From: Macrostomum lignano
Taxonomy: Eukaryota
Length of the DNA stretch: 64,000 bases
Reading direction: 5' to 3'
NCBI GenBank assembly: GCA_002269645.1
Contig: NIVC01000037.1
Coordinates: forward strand, 1,205,182 to 1,269,181
In this document: positions 1 through 31,250 of the stretch, in pieces
How the letters are laid out: the number at the start of each line of letters is the position of its first letter
How positions within the stretch are numbered: position 1 is the first letter of the stretch
Notes under the pieces: model-generated
The model's input: only the letters and a program-made list of their open reading frames with translations
The model's database searches: none
Told to the model about the DNA's origin: nothing
Translations under genes and position numbers: made by a program

Positions 1-214
1 AGGATTGCACGCTGCATGCCCCAACTCAGACAGCTTCAACTCTCACATGAAGCCGAGGCTCAGAGAAAATATGCTTAATATTTTCTAATATGCCGGCCGG
101 CTCAGCGGGTAACTTCAATTCTAATGAGCTTTATCTTAAAATCTTGTCTCTGAATATTACTTACTCCTTTTGTTTTTACTGCCAAGGAAACCGTTGATCA
201 AAAATCCCAATCAA

Positions 215-520
215 ACTCATAATCAATTATCCCAATCGAACTCATAATCAATAATCCCAATCGAATTCATAACCAATAATCCCAATCGAACTCATAATCA
301 ATAATCCCAATCGAACTTACAATCAACTATCCCAATCAAACTGATAATCCAATAATCCCAATCAAACTCATAATTAATAATCCCAATCGAACTCATAATC
401 AACTATCCCAATCGAACTCATAATTAAAAATCCCAATCGAACTCATAATTAATAATCCCAATTGAACTCATAGTCAATAATCCCAATCGAACTCATAGTC
501 AATAATCCCAATCGAACTCA
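215..520. repeat. Degenerate ~25-bp minisatellite
   Basis: aatcccaatcgaactcataatcaat units. Confidence 0.8.
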
Positions 521-657
521 CAACCCTAAAATCGAAGCGAACTCAAATCACAAGCAGATTTCAAATCGCTAAGTAAATGAAAATCATGCAATTTCATAAA
601 ACATCCCCAACTGAATCCATCAACCTATCAAAGATCCCAAAATAGTCGCGCTCGCAC

Positions 658-18990
<18,333 letters not shown>

Positions 18991-19199
18991 GGCCGGCTTG
19001 TTGACAGCTATAGAAGCTCAAATTGCAAATCAATGCAGATCTCCCGTCTCAGCTGATCGACCTCACGGAGCAGCTGAAATTAACGGTAAATCAGCCAGGC
19101 GTGCTAATTAATTAATCCGACCCAGTCAGCACAGGTGAATTGTGTGTCGTTGGTCAAGCTTATAGTAAAGGATTAATGACATCTCGTGAGGAATTTTTG

Positions 19200-19738
19200 G
19201 GGCAGGACACTTCGACTGAGGGGCAGGACACTGCGGTTGAGGGGTAGGACACTTCGACTGAGGGGTAGGACACTTAGACTGAGGGGTAGGACACTTCGAC
19301 TGAGGGGTAGGACACTTCGACTGAGGGGTAGGACACTACGGTTGAGGGGTAGGACACTTCGACTGAGGGGTAGGACACTTCGATTGACGGGTAGGACACT
19401 TCGGTTGAGGAGTAGGACACTACGGTTGAGGGGTAGGACACTACGATTGAGGGGTAGGACACTGCGGTTGAGGGGTTAGGACACTTCGGCTGAGAATAGG
19501 ACACTTCGACTGAGGGGTAGGACACTACGGTTGAGGGGTAGGACACTACGGTTGAGGGGTAGGACACTGCGGTTGAGGGGTTAGGACACTTCGGCTGAGA
19601 ATAGGACACTTCGACTGAGGGGTAGGACACTTCGACTGAGGGGTAGGACACATCGACTGAGGGGTAGGACACTTCGACTGAGGGGTGGGACACTTCGACT
19701 GAGGGGTAGGACACTTCGACTGAGGGGTAGGACACTTC
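19200..19738. repeat. 21-bp minisatellite
   Basis: gaggggtaggacacttcgact. Confidence 0.97.
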
Positions 19739-20169
19739 AGAATTAACTAACTGATATACATCAAGAGACTCTGCGCTATGTGAAATGCACTCAGACTTTC
19801 TCTCTGAACTTTTGCGCAAATTATGTATGGAACTATTTGACCAAAAATTTTCTTCTTTAGTGGCGGGGGGTACTCGTAAAACTTGGCAGATTCGCATTCC
19901 AACTGAGCGGGCTGGGGTGAAGGTCGTTTAACAGTTAGTGGCTTTTTTGAGGTTTTAGGCCCGACCTCGTCAGGCTCCTTCCTTGTACTGCGCACTAGAA
20001 GTTGATTTCCGCAGTGAAATTATATCAAAGCCTTGGAAATTCGCGCTGGGAGCTGGGCTGCTTAAGGACGACCTCTTCTGGTCACAGCTTTGAAGCTAAT
20101 TTAGCATAGATGGGCACAGGGCTGATTTTGTAAACAGTGAGTTGTTTTAGCTAAATAGCGATCTTGGAC

Positions 20170-20702
20170 CTAGATTAGCAATCCATTCTATTCCTGCATC
20201 CATGATGTAGGCTAGATTAGCAATCCATTCTATTCCTGCATCCATGATGTAGGCTAGATTAGCAATCCATTCTATTCCTGCATCCTTGAAGTAGGCTAGA
20301 TTAGCAATCCATTCTATTCCTTCATCTATGATGTAGGCTAGATTAGCAATCCATTCTATTCCTTCATCTCGTGATGTAGGCTAGATTAGCAATCCATTCT
20401 ATTCCTGCATCCATGATGTAGGCTAGATTAGCAATCCATTCTATTCCTGCATCCATGATATGTAGGCTAGATTAGCAATCCATTCTATTCCTGCATCCAT
20501 GATGTAGGCTAGATTAGCAATCCATTCTATTCCTTCATCCATGATGCAGGATAGATTAGCAATCCATTCTATTCCTGCATCCATGATGTAGGCTAGATTA
20601 GCAATCCATTCTATTCCTGCATCCATGATGTAGGCTAGATTAGCAATCCATTCTGTTCCTGCATCCATGATGTAGGCTAGATTAGCAATCCATTCTATTC
20701 CT
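20170..20702. repeat. 42-bp minisatellite, copy A
   Basis: gatgtaggctagattagcaatccattctattcctgcatccat; same family at 54350-55290. Confidence 0.97.
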
Positions 20703-21294
20703 TATAGAACCAGTCGGCCTCCTTACTCACCAGTTGCCGGCATCGCAGATATACAGTGTACAGTCGGATATGTTTAGAATTGCTGCAGAAGAGGAGGCAA
20801 TAGCGCGCTTGGCCCAGATGAAAAAATGGTTCTGGTCAGTCTGCCAGTCTGGCACCACTCGCCCACACCCTTGCCCTCTTCGCTGTCTTGGATTCCAGCT
20901 TGGCTTTTTCCAAGAATCGACCTCAATAAGCGACCCAAGCTTTATTGGTCGGCTGGCCGCCACCAGTCAAATGGGAGCAGAGCAGAGCACAGCAGAGCAG
21001 AGCAGAGAAGAGATAGAAAGCAGAGATTTCTAGCTAGCTTGACTATGAAATGTTTTTCGCTTCGCCACTCAACCTGGGATTCGTCCACGCTCGATTTCCA
21101 CTATGTCGATGCCTTTCTGCTGCTCAAGGACTTCTAGATTAGAAATATCTGGATTAGAAACCAGAAAATGGGGTGAACCAAATATTTCCAGATTTATTTT
21201 ACGCTCGTAGTTAAGCAAGTTAAGCAAAGTGGTAGCGGTTAGTTTCGTAGGGATAATTTTGGGGTCAATGTAAGGATCCATATGGGATATCTGC

Positions 21295-21985
21295 TCCACA
21301 ACCATAGACACAATCTGCCATTGTTTGACTCCACAACCATAGACACAATCTGCCATTGTTTGACTCCACAACCATAGACACAATCTGCCATTGTTTGACT
21401 CCACAACCATAGACACAATCTGCCATTGTTTGACTCCACAACCATAGACACAATCTGCCATTGTTTGACTCCACAACCATAGACACAATCTGCCATTGTT
21501 TGACTCCACAACCATAGACACAATCTGCCATTGTTTGACTCCACAACCATAGACACAATCTGCCATTGTTTGACTCCACAACCATAGACACAATCTGCCA
21601 TTGTTTGACTCCACAACCATAGACACAATCTGCCATTGTTTGACTCCACAACCATAGACACAATCTGCCATTGTTTGACTCCACAACCATAGACACAATC
21701 TGCCATTGTTTGACTCCACAACCATAGACACAATCTGCCATTGTTTGACTCCACAACCATAGACACAATCTGCCATTGTTTGACTCCACAGCCATAGACA
21801 CAATCTGCCATTGTTTGACTCCACAACCATAGACACAATCTGCCATTGTTTGACTCCACAACCATAGACACAATCTGCCATTGTTTGACTCCACAACCAT
21901 AGACACAATCTGCCATTGTTTGACTCCACAACCATAGACACAATCTGCCATTGTTTGACTCCACAACCATAGACACAATCTGCCA
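21295..21985. repeat. 35-bp minisatellite (near-perfect)
   Basis: ccacaaccatagacacaatctgccattgtttgact. Confidence 0.98.
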
Positions 21986-22343
21986 TTGAGTATTACCACG
22001 AAAAACACCGAGTATCCCGAGTACTTCTCTCAACAAGAGGCCACAGCAGCAGAAGCACAGTCGCTCTCTATCTCGCTCTAGGGATTCGAATTTCTCCTTT
22101 GCTCCTTCTCAGACAGCCGATGGAGATTTTGCGCGGTTTAATCAGACAGATTCGGGTCTGTTTTCTCTAGCTCTCGCTCACCTCTTTGGTTGATCAAATT
22201 CTATAGTAAGTTCTGGAGAAGGGAAACTTTATGTATATCCTTAGTCTAATAAACCATAATTAAGTCACTGTGTGGTGCACTTCTGATTTGCTGCTAATGA
22301 ATGCGAATATTTCCCTATCTGTTTTAATCAGCGACTGGTTCCG

Positions 22344-22835
22344 ATTGCATGAACTATTGCAAGGAAACTGTGCTGATTGCATGAACTATTGCAAGGGAAC
22401 TGTGCTGATTGCATGAACTATTGCAAGGGAACTGTGCTGATTGCATGAACTATTGCAAGGAAACTGTGCTGACTGCATGAACTATTGCAAGGAAACTGTG
22501 CTGATTGCATGAACTATTGCAAGGGAACTGTGCTGATTGCATGAACTATTGCAAGGAAACTGTGCTGACTGCATGAACTATTGCAAGGAAACTGTGCTGA
22601 TTGCATGAACTATTGCAAGGTAACTGTGCTGATTGCATGAACTATTGCAAGGAAACTGTGCTGATTGCATGAATGAACTATTGCAAGGGAACTGTGCTGA
22701 TTGCATGAACTATTGCAAGGGAACTGTGCTGATTGCATGAACTATTGCAAGGGAACTGTGCTGATTGCATGAACTATTGCAAGGAAACTGTGCTGATTGC
22801 ATGAACTATTGCAAGGGAATTGTGCTGATTGCATG
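22344..22835. repeat. 32-bp minisatellite
   Basis: attgcatgaactattgcaagg(g/a)aactgtgctg. Confidence 0.97.
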
Positions 22836-23204
22836 AAAGGCCGAGGCGGATTGCTTTTAAATTGCTTTGCAGATTCGCGCATTTCGAAATATAATACAAC
22901 TACATCTATTCTTTTATCCATCCTCATTTCGAGACGCTTTGCCCTTCCTGTCCAAAAATTAAGCGGATTTACAGAATCTGTTGCGCACTAGCGTGATGAT
23001 CCAAAATTCTGAGCCTTGTCGAGCCCTCGAAATGAAATCCCACCTGATCCGGGATATTTTATTGAGAAAAAGGTTTAATTAAGAAAGCTTCGTACCAGCG
23101 AATCCAAAAATAGAAACTTTATTATTCAATATGTGATAACAGAGTACCTGAATACTATTGCCATCGATTATTTTCACCTTTACTGCATTTGTTAGTTAGT
23201 TATT

Positions 23205-25113
<1,909 letters not shown>

Positions 25114-25819
25114 CTCAGTCCGCTGACTCTCGGCACGCACACGAATACTCGGATTAGAACGCAGGCACCCGCTCACCCAAACAAGGTGTACAGCGGCCCT
25201 GAATGACTCATTGTACACTCTTTGCATGTACATGTACAGCATGTACACTCTTTGTGCCTTGGGGCTTGGCCCTCATGACACGACACACTTGGAATCGAGC
25301 CTGGGCCGCTGGCACATCAGAGCCATCCTGGACTGTTATCCTTCAGAGGCAATAGTTGAACATCTCGGCAGTGGTCTTAGCCTTGACTGCCCTGCCTCAA
25401 ATATGAATTTAGTACACCCGATTGCATGGCTAGTAGCCATTCCTACTGCCATCTAATCAGGCGTCTGCCACCGAAGTGAAAAATTTGATTATTAAAAGTC
25501 TCTTTTAGAATAAAAAATCAACGGCTGTGCACTCACAAAGGCACTGGAGCCTCCTTCGGTTCCAATTAACTTTCGATAATAAATTAGCAGAGCAATGCTT
25601 CACTGCTTCTACATGTAACTTTCTAATGCCAAATAGTACAAGGTTTCCTTCTAACGCTCGGCTTTTAAGCCTAGTGGCATAGTAGAACTTGTAATGAGTG
25701 CAGAGTGTGCAGAATATTTGTTTCGTATTTATCAATGATTTTTGAATTCACGATTTTCAATAACACTCAATCGCAACTGCTTGGCAAAGGCTTGCGCTGA
25801 TCCTTCAGTGCTTCATATG

Positions 25820-26280
25820 CTTTGGTGAGCCTCACTTACCCTTCCCAATGCTTCAGTGAGCCTCACTAACACTTTCCGATGCTTCAGTGAGCCTCACTAA
25901 CACTTCCCGATGCTTCAGTGAGCCTCACTAACACTTCCTGATGCTTCAGTGAGCCTCACTAACACTTCCCGATGCTTCAGTGAGCCTCACTAACACTTCC
26001 TGATGCTTCAGTGAGCCTCACTAACACTTTTTGATGCTTCAGTGAGCCTCACTAACACTTCCCGATGCTTCAGTGAGCCTCACTAACACTTCCCGATGCT
26101 TCAGTGAGCCTCACAAACACTTCCTGATGCTTCAGTGAGCCTCACTAACACTTCCTGATGCTTCAGTGAGCCTCACTAACACTTCCCGATGCTTCAGTGA
26201 GCCTCACTAACACTTCCTGATGCTTCAGTGAGCCTCACTAACACTTCCCGATGCTTCAGTGAGCCTCACTTACCCTTCCC
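25820..26280. repeat. 31-bp minisatellite with internal inverted repeat
   Basis: gatgcttcagtgagcctcactaacacttccc (agtgag-c-ctcact). Confidence 0.96.
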
Positions 26281-26855
26281 CCATCCTTGTGAGTGGCACA
26301 CTAGCCATAATGATATTCTAATGCAGCTTCAACTGAACCATACCCAATTAAAGAACGCTATGTTAAAGCATCAGTGAGATAGAAGTACAGCATTGACAAT
26401 TCAAAAAGATTAGGGTTGGAAAGAAATAGATAAACTAAAAAATGTTTTTCTTACTTTTTTATTACTCAGTTTCTTGTGAAAATGCCTGGGCTATAAAGCC
26501 CAAAAAAGTCAGAACAAGGTAGAAGTTGAAAACAGCAACGAAAAAACTGGAAGCATACTCGTAACAGAAGCTCAAAACATTACATACGACTTTTTGCCTT
26601 TTCAAAAAGATGGTAAATTCTTATTCTTAATAATCAACATTCGAAGTATTAAAGCTACAAAAACAGTGGCAAAAATTAGCAGAATGCAACAAATCACCTA
26701 GCTAATAATGCAATCTTACCAAAGCGAAATATCGCACAGTTTACTAAAATTCACATCGAACCAAGAAATTATAATAGAAAACAAAGAAACAAAGTAATTG
26801 AGTTTCCAATATAGCACCTTGGATTCGCCTGAGCCCCGTGTACATGTAGGCCTCT

Positions 26856-28199
26856 TCAACCAGACCACTTCAAGTCGAACACTACCGACTGCTCATGGAA
26901 GGTGAACTTGCGGCGACCACTGCGGCTAACGCGGCTACTTATAGATCGGCGAGTCACCACCGAGCTGGCGCCGCCGCCGCCGCTGCCTCCGCTGGCGCCG
27001 CCGCGACGGGAATCGAGCCAGCCCATATCATAGCCGCTGCCGCATTTACCAGCTTGGCGAGCTTGTCTAGCAGCCTCGCGTAGCTTCTCAATCTTTTGGT
27101 CCCGGTTTGAATAGTGATCGACGCGCTCCCAGTACAACTCGCTCTCTCTCTGGCGCTCCAGCTCGCGCCCGTTGTTGCGCAACCACTCCAACTCTAGCTG
27201 GCGCTCCTCCTCCAGCATTTGCTCTTTAAACGCTTCGAACTGCAAATCCGAGGCCGACAGTTCGTGCCTCTGCGACGAGTTGCTGAATGGCGACAAGCCG
27301 AAGCAGCTAGACGTGTCCTGGCGCAGAAACGCGATGTTAACGCGAGAAGACGACGAACGCTGCCGCATCAACGCCACGGGTTGTTGACCGTGTCGATAAT
27401 TCAGATTGCTAGCAGACCGCGGAGGTGTTGACTGCGCGATCGAACGCGACGACGAGGCCTGTGGGGCCACCGAACGGATCCGGCTTGGTGCCGGGCGCGG
27501 AGGCGGCGGCGGCGATGGCACCACAAACTCCGAACTCGGTCCAACGATTGCCAGCGGCCCCGGAACCGCAGCGGCCGGGGCGGCACCGTTGTAGCTAGAC
27601 ACGGAAGAGACACTGGAAACAGAGGATCCGCTGCTAATGACGGACACGTTACGCTGCGACAGCCGGCTCACAACGCTGCCGGAGCCGGAATAGTACGAGC
27701 CAACTGACGAACCGCCGGAGCTAGACTGGCCGCTCCGCTGACGCTGCGAGGAGCCCGACAACGAAGATGAAGACGACGATGACGACGTCGAGGTGTCGCT
27801 GAGACGTAATTGGCGCCGAACTGCGTAGCCACCTCTGCCGCCGACAACGCCGCTCGGGCTACGAAGCTGGCGGCCGACTGAGGGGCCAGCCCGATGGGGA
27901 TTGTACCTACTCGATAGGCTGGCTCCGGCGCCTCCGCCGCCGCTAATAGTGGAGCTGAGTCTAGCGCGGCCGCCGCTGCCGCCGTGGGCTCCCTCAGTGC
28001 GCAGTCTATCCGGTCGCCACCACATTGAGCGCAGGCTCTGGTGCTGCCGGCTTGAGGTGACAGTGGAGCCCATCGGAGAGCGGGACCTGTCCCGTTGACG
28101 TCCTGCCGAGCTTCGCATATCGCCACCCAAGCCGCTGATTATAGAGGCTCCGTCGCTCATTAAGAATCGTTGAAAATGCCGATTGTTGTAGCCGTTCAT
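26856..28199 (-). CDS. Intronless 447-aa Ser/Gly/Arg-rich protein with a C-terminal charged coiled-coil-like segment; function unknown
   Basis: Long non-repetitive GC-rich ORF with ATG and stop inside AT-rich flanks; GC-rich style like the true exons here; minus-strand AATAAA ~400 nt downstream (26458-26463). Confidence 0.7.
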   Translation of the reverse strand: MNGYNNRHFQRFLMSDGASIISGLGGDMRSSAGRQRDRSRSPMGSTVTSSRQHQSLRSMWWRPDRLRTEGAHGGSGGRARLSSTISGGGGAGASLSSRYNPHRAGPSVGRQLRSPSGVVGGRGGYAVRRQLRLSDTSTSSSSSSSSLSGSSQRQRSGQSSSGGSSVGSYYSGSGSVVSRLSQRNVSVISSGSSVSSVSSVSSYNGAAPAAAVPGPLAIVGPSSEFVVPSPPPPPRPAPSRIRSVAPQASSSRSIAQSTPPRSASNLNYRHGQQPVALMRQRSSSSRVNIAFLRQDTSSCFGLSPFSNSSQRHELSASDLQFEAFKEQMLEEERQLELEWLRNNGRELERQRESELYWERVDHYSNRDQKIEKLREAARQARQAGKCGSGYDMGWLDSRRGGASGGSGGGGASSVVTRRSISSRVSRSGRRKFTFHEQSVVFDLKWSG

Positions 28200-30769
28200 T
28201 GCGCAACAGGATTCAAGTTTTAAGCGAATGAAGCTTAAAGACAGTCGCTGAAAACGAGAAAGGTAAAATAATTGATTTGGGCTCTGTTCAGTGTGTTTTG
28301 TTCATTTGGAGTAGAGATCAAAGAGTTTACTTTCATTTAAATAGCATGCATTTCTGCGAACATACTACTCATATTAATATTTTATGTAGCAGATTGCCTA
28401 CTTCATAAGGAAAAAATGAATAAAACTTCTAACTCCTATTATATTGTACATAAGAATTTTACATATTATATATTTTTAATGATTCCATTTTTAATAGTCT
28501 GTAAAGATTGCACCTAAATAAACCAAAATCTAGAAAAAGTGCACCTCGGTAATATTTCAATAACTCTAGCTCATAAATATTGAATTTTAAAACAGCTATT
28601 TAAAATAATTTATGAATTTAAAATGCCCCAAAAGACTAAAATATATGTGAAATTAAATTATGCATAAAACTTTTTTATATTGGTGCTACTATGCTAGATA
28701 CGAGCTAATGATACATATTTTAATAAGGCTATGCAAACATAAATATAGCTTTCTAAAATTCAAAGGAAAAATATTCAAAGCCATTATCTATCTGAGCTTT
28801 CAGGAATAAAAAACAGGCTTATTTGATTAATGAAGCTTTCCATATTTTAAATAAAAATTTTCATTTTTTTGTTCCCAGATTTAAATTAAATTGAATTTCG
28901 GGAACATCACATTATATAAAAATAAGACTATTAGCATCAGCAATATTAGTAAGTTACAAAACCTTGCATTTAAATTCATGTCCACCAGAGGCAAACATGT
29001 CAAATGGATCGATTTATTATTTATTTATAAACTGCGATTTAGTATGTATTGTATTGATTGCATTCATAAATAGTTGAATAATTAATGAATATGATTTTTA
29101 TTAACTTTCAGACTCTTAGTCCAAAGTTCGCAGACTCGAACTAATTATTTACAAGCAAAAAAATCTAATCTAATAAGCAAATTGTAAGGGTATCGAGGTA
29201 AAACAACAGAAAATGAAATCCCGATAGCTTTTTAACAATTTAACAATTGCAAACTTTGCACAACAAAACTAGTAATTATTGACAAAACTCTACAGATTGT
29301 GTGTTTTTTACATAATGTTACATAATATCGGCATTACTTGCGTGTCAGTTCTAGCTCGGAGATCGGATGCGGCCGGCCACGCAGTTAGAGAATAGATTTT
29401 GAAATCTACAATGAACTATTAATGCAACATTATAAATACTGTACGGCAGTATTTCAAGCGTACTTTCGTAATAAAGAGTAAATAATATTTACTTTTGTGT
29501 ATGTAATCATTCATCTAGCTAAACAACTTTGTTATAGCGGACATTCAAAAACATATGCAAACCGTCAAGTTAATTTTCAAAAGTAAATTCAAAGTTATGG
29601 CTTTAAAATTAACAAAATAATTGCAATGTTCAGACTACTCGTTTATGATGAAAGTATCATCTTTCGATATCTGTTTTGCGCAACAGAATTTACACGTAGC
29701 TATATATATTCTTATATTCTTATATCATTCTTATATATATATTGAGAATTACATGTACATTTGCTTCATAATTGTTGTTACCGCGTACGAGTGTACAGAA
29801 ATCATTAAAATTGTCGTGCTGCTACATTTTCCAGAAATTTTTACGCTTGTATCCTAATACAGTAGTTACAGTGTTAACTAATATAGCCCCACTATTCTGG
29901 AAACTTCTACGCTCTTCCTGTACGCCAAATAAAAATAGTAGTATTCTAGTTAGGAACTTCCCCGCGCATCCAGAGGCGATAAATAGAAACGCCCCTAATG
30001 AGAGTTGTCAGACTGCGTCAGACCGCAGTTGTCAGACTGCGCTGACAACTACTATTACTACAATATACATGTAAATGCCATCCTCGCTCTGCCGAGCACT
30101 TTGTCGGGTTGGTTTACCAAAAATAATCGAGGTCTCTGTTCGTTCGATTATTCAAAGATCAACAGTAATTGCAACCCTAAAAATCTTAGAAATGTTTTTT
30201 AAAGCTACTGCGCTTTCAAATCCTGATTTAACGTAGGCCAGTTTAGAATTAAAAAGCATTTTTCTTGCAAGATTTTAGCTAAGGCATATATAATTGTGCA
30301 GATCCAATCCTCACAAGAGACAACTTTGAGTTCGCTGGCATAATTCCCAATCGATGCTAGGGTTTCTGTTCCAGCACTCCGATGAGATCATAAATGCATC
30401 GCTTGTAAGCCGACCAAAGAAAATAAGAGTGAAATAATGAAGTAGCTTGTACATGTACATAGCGATTTCAATAATCAATCCTTTCCTTCAGTTTGATTCA
30501 GCCTCTGTGAAGTCATTTACTACCATTTAAATAAGACCCATTCAAAACAAGCCTAAAATTACTTGAACAATTAAATGCGCCACAAAATGGAGCAAAGAGG
30601 CTTTTATTTAAACACGAGTCCAAAATTCAACAGCAACAAAGACAACAGTAAATTTATTAGGCTTTGTAAAGGGCTGTGATATTAGTACAGGAGAAGCAGG
30701 AAATTGTTAATATGTCTCGACAAAAACGCAACACGGGTATCATGGCACAGAGTCTTCTGAGGCGGATAA

Positions 30770-31250
30770 TCACTGATAATCCGTAGTGAAAATATCCGAG
30801 TTCGACAGGCCGGAGTCCGAGGAGTTCACGCTGGTGCCGCCGTGCCGCAGGCGCTTCTTGGCCCGCTGCCGGCGCCGATTAGCGATGCCGGCGCCTCCGC
30901 TGCTGCCTCCAGCGCCGCTGCCACCGCCGCTGGCGGCTCCGTCGTCGTCGCTGCTGCTACTAGACGACGTCGAGCTGTTGTCTCCACGGCCGCCGCCGGC
31001 GCCGCCGCTGCCAGAGGCGCCGCTGCCGGAGCTACCGCCGCCCGACGAACGGGTAGCTCCGCTGCTGCTCCGCTTCTGCGGTCCGCCGCCTCCGCTGCCG
31101 CCGCCGCTGGACGCTCCAGATGATGGATGGCCGCGAGCGGCTGCGGCCGCCTTCCGACTGGGAACGGCACGGAGGCTGCGGGTGCGACCGCCCGCCTGCT
31201 CATCGTCCAGATCGTCGGCAGCCAAAGCCAGCAGGTCGATGAAGGTGTAC
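30770..31250 (-). CDS. INTS3: INTS3 exon 10 (last)
   Basis: atccag acceptor, phase 2; YTFIDLLALAADD..KKRLRH..SDSGLSNSD stop; minus-strand AATAAA near 30603-30608. Confidence 0.85.

Noticed and set aside
1-70. Next PDE8 exon at the window edge
   Set aside because: The required phase-0 frame after the candidate acceptor hits TGA within 11 codons.
25820-26280. CRISPR-like palindromic repeat (also the 35-bp array at 21295 and the 40-bp array at 37738)
   Set aside because: Units are directly adjacent with no unique spacers, there are no cas genes, and the context is eukaryotic.
27000-27260. Geminin-like coiled coil in the orphan ORF (YWERV vs YWKEV)
   Set aside because: Only a 2-3 residue coincidence; the rest does not match as I recall it.
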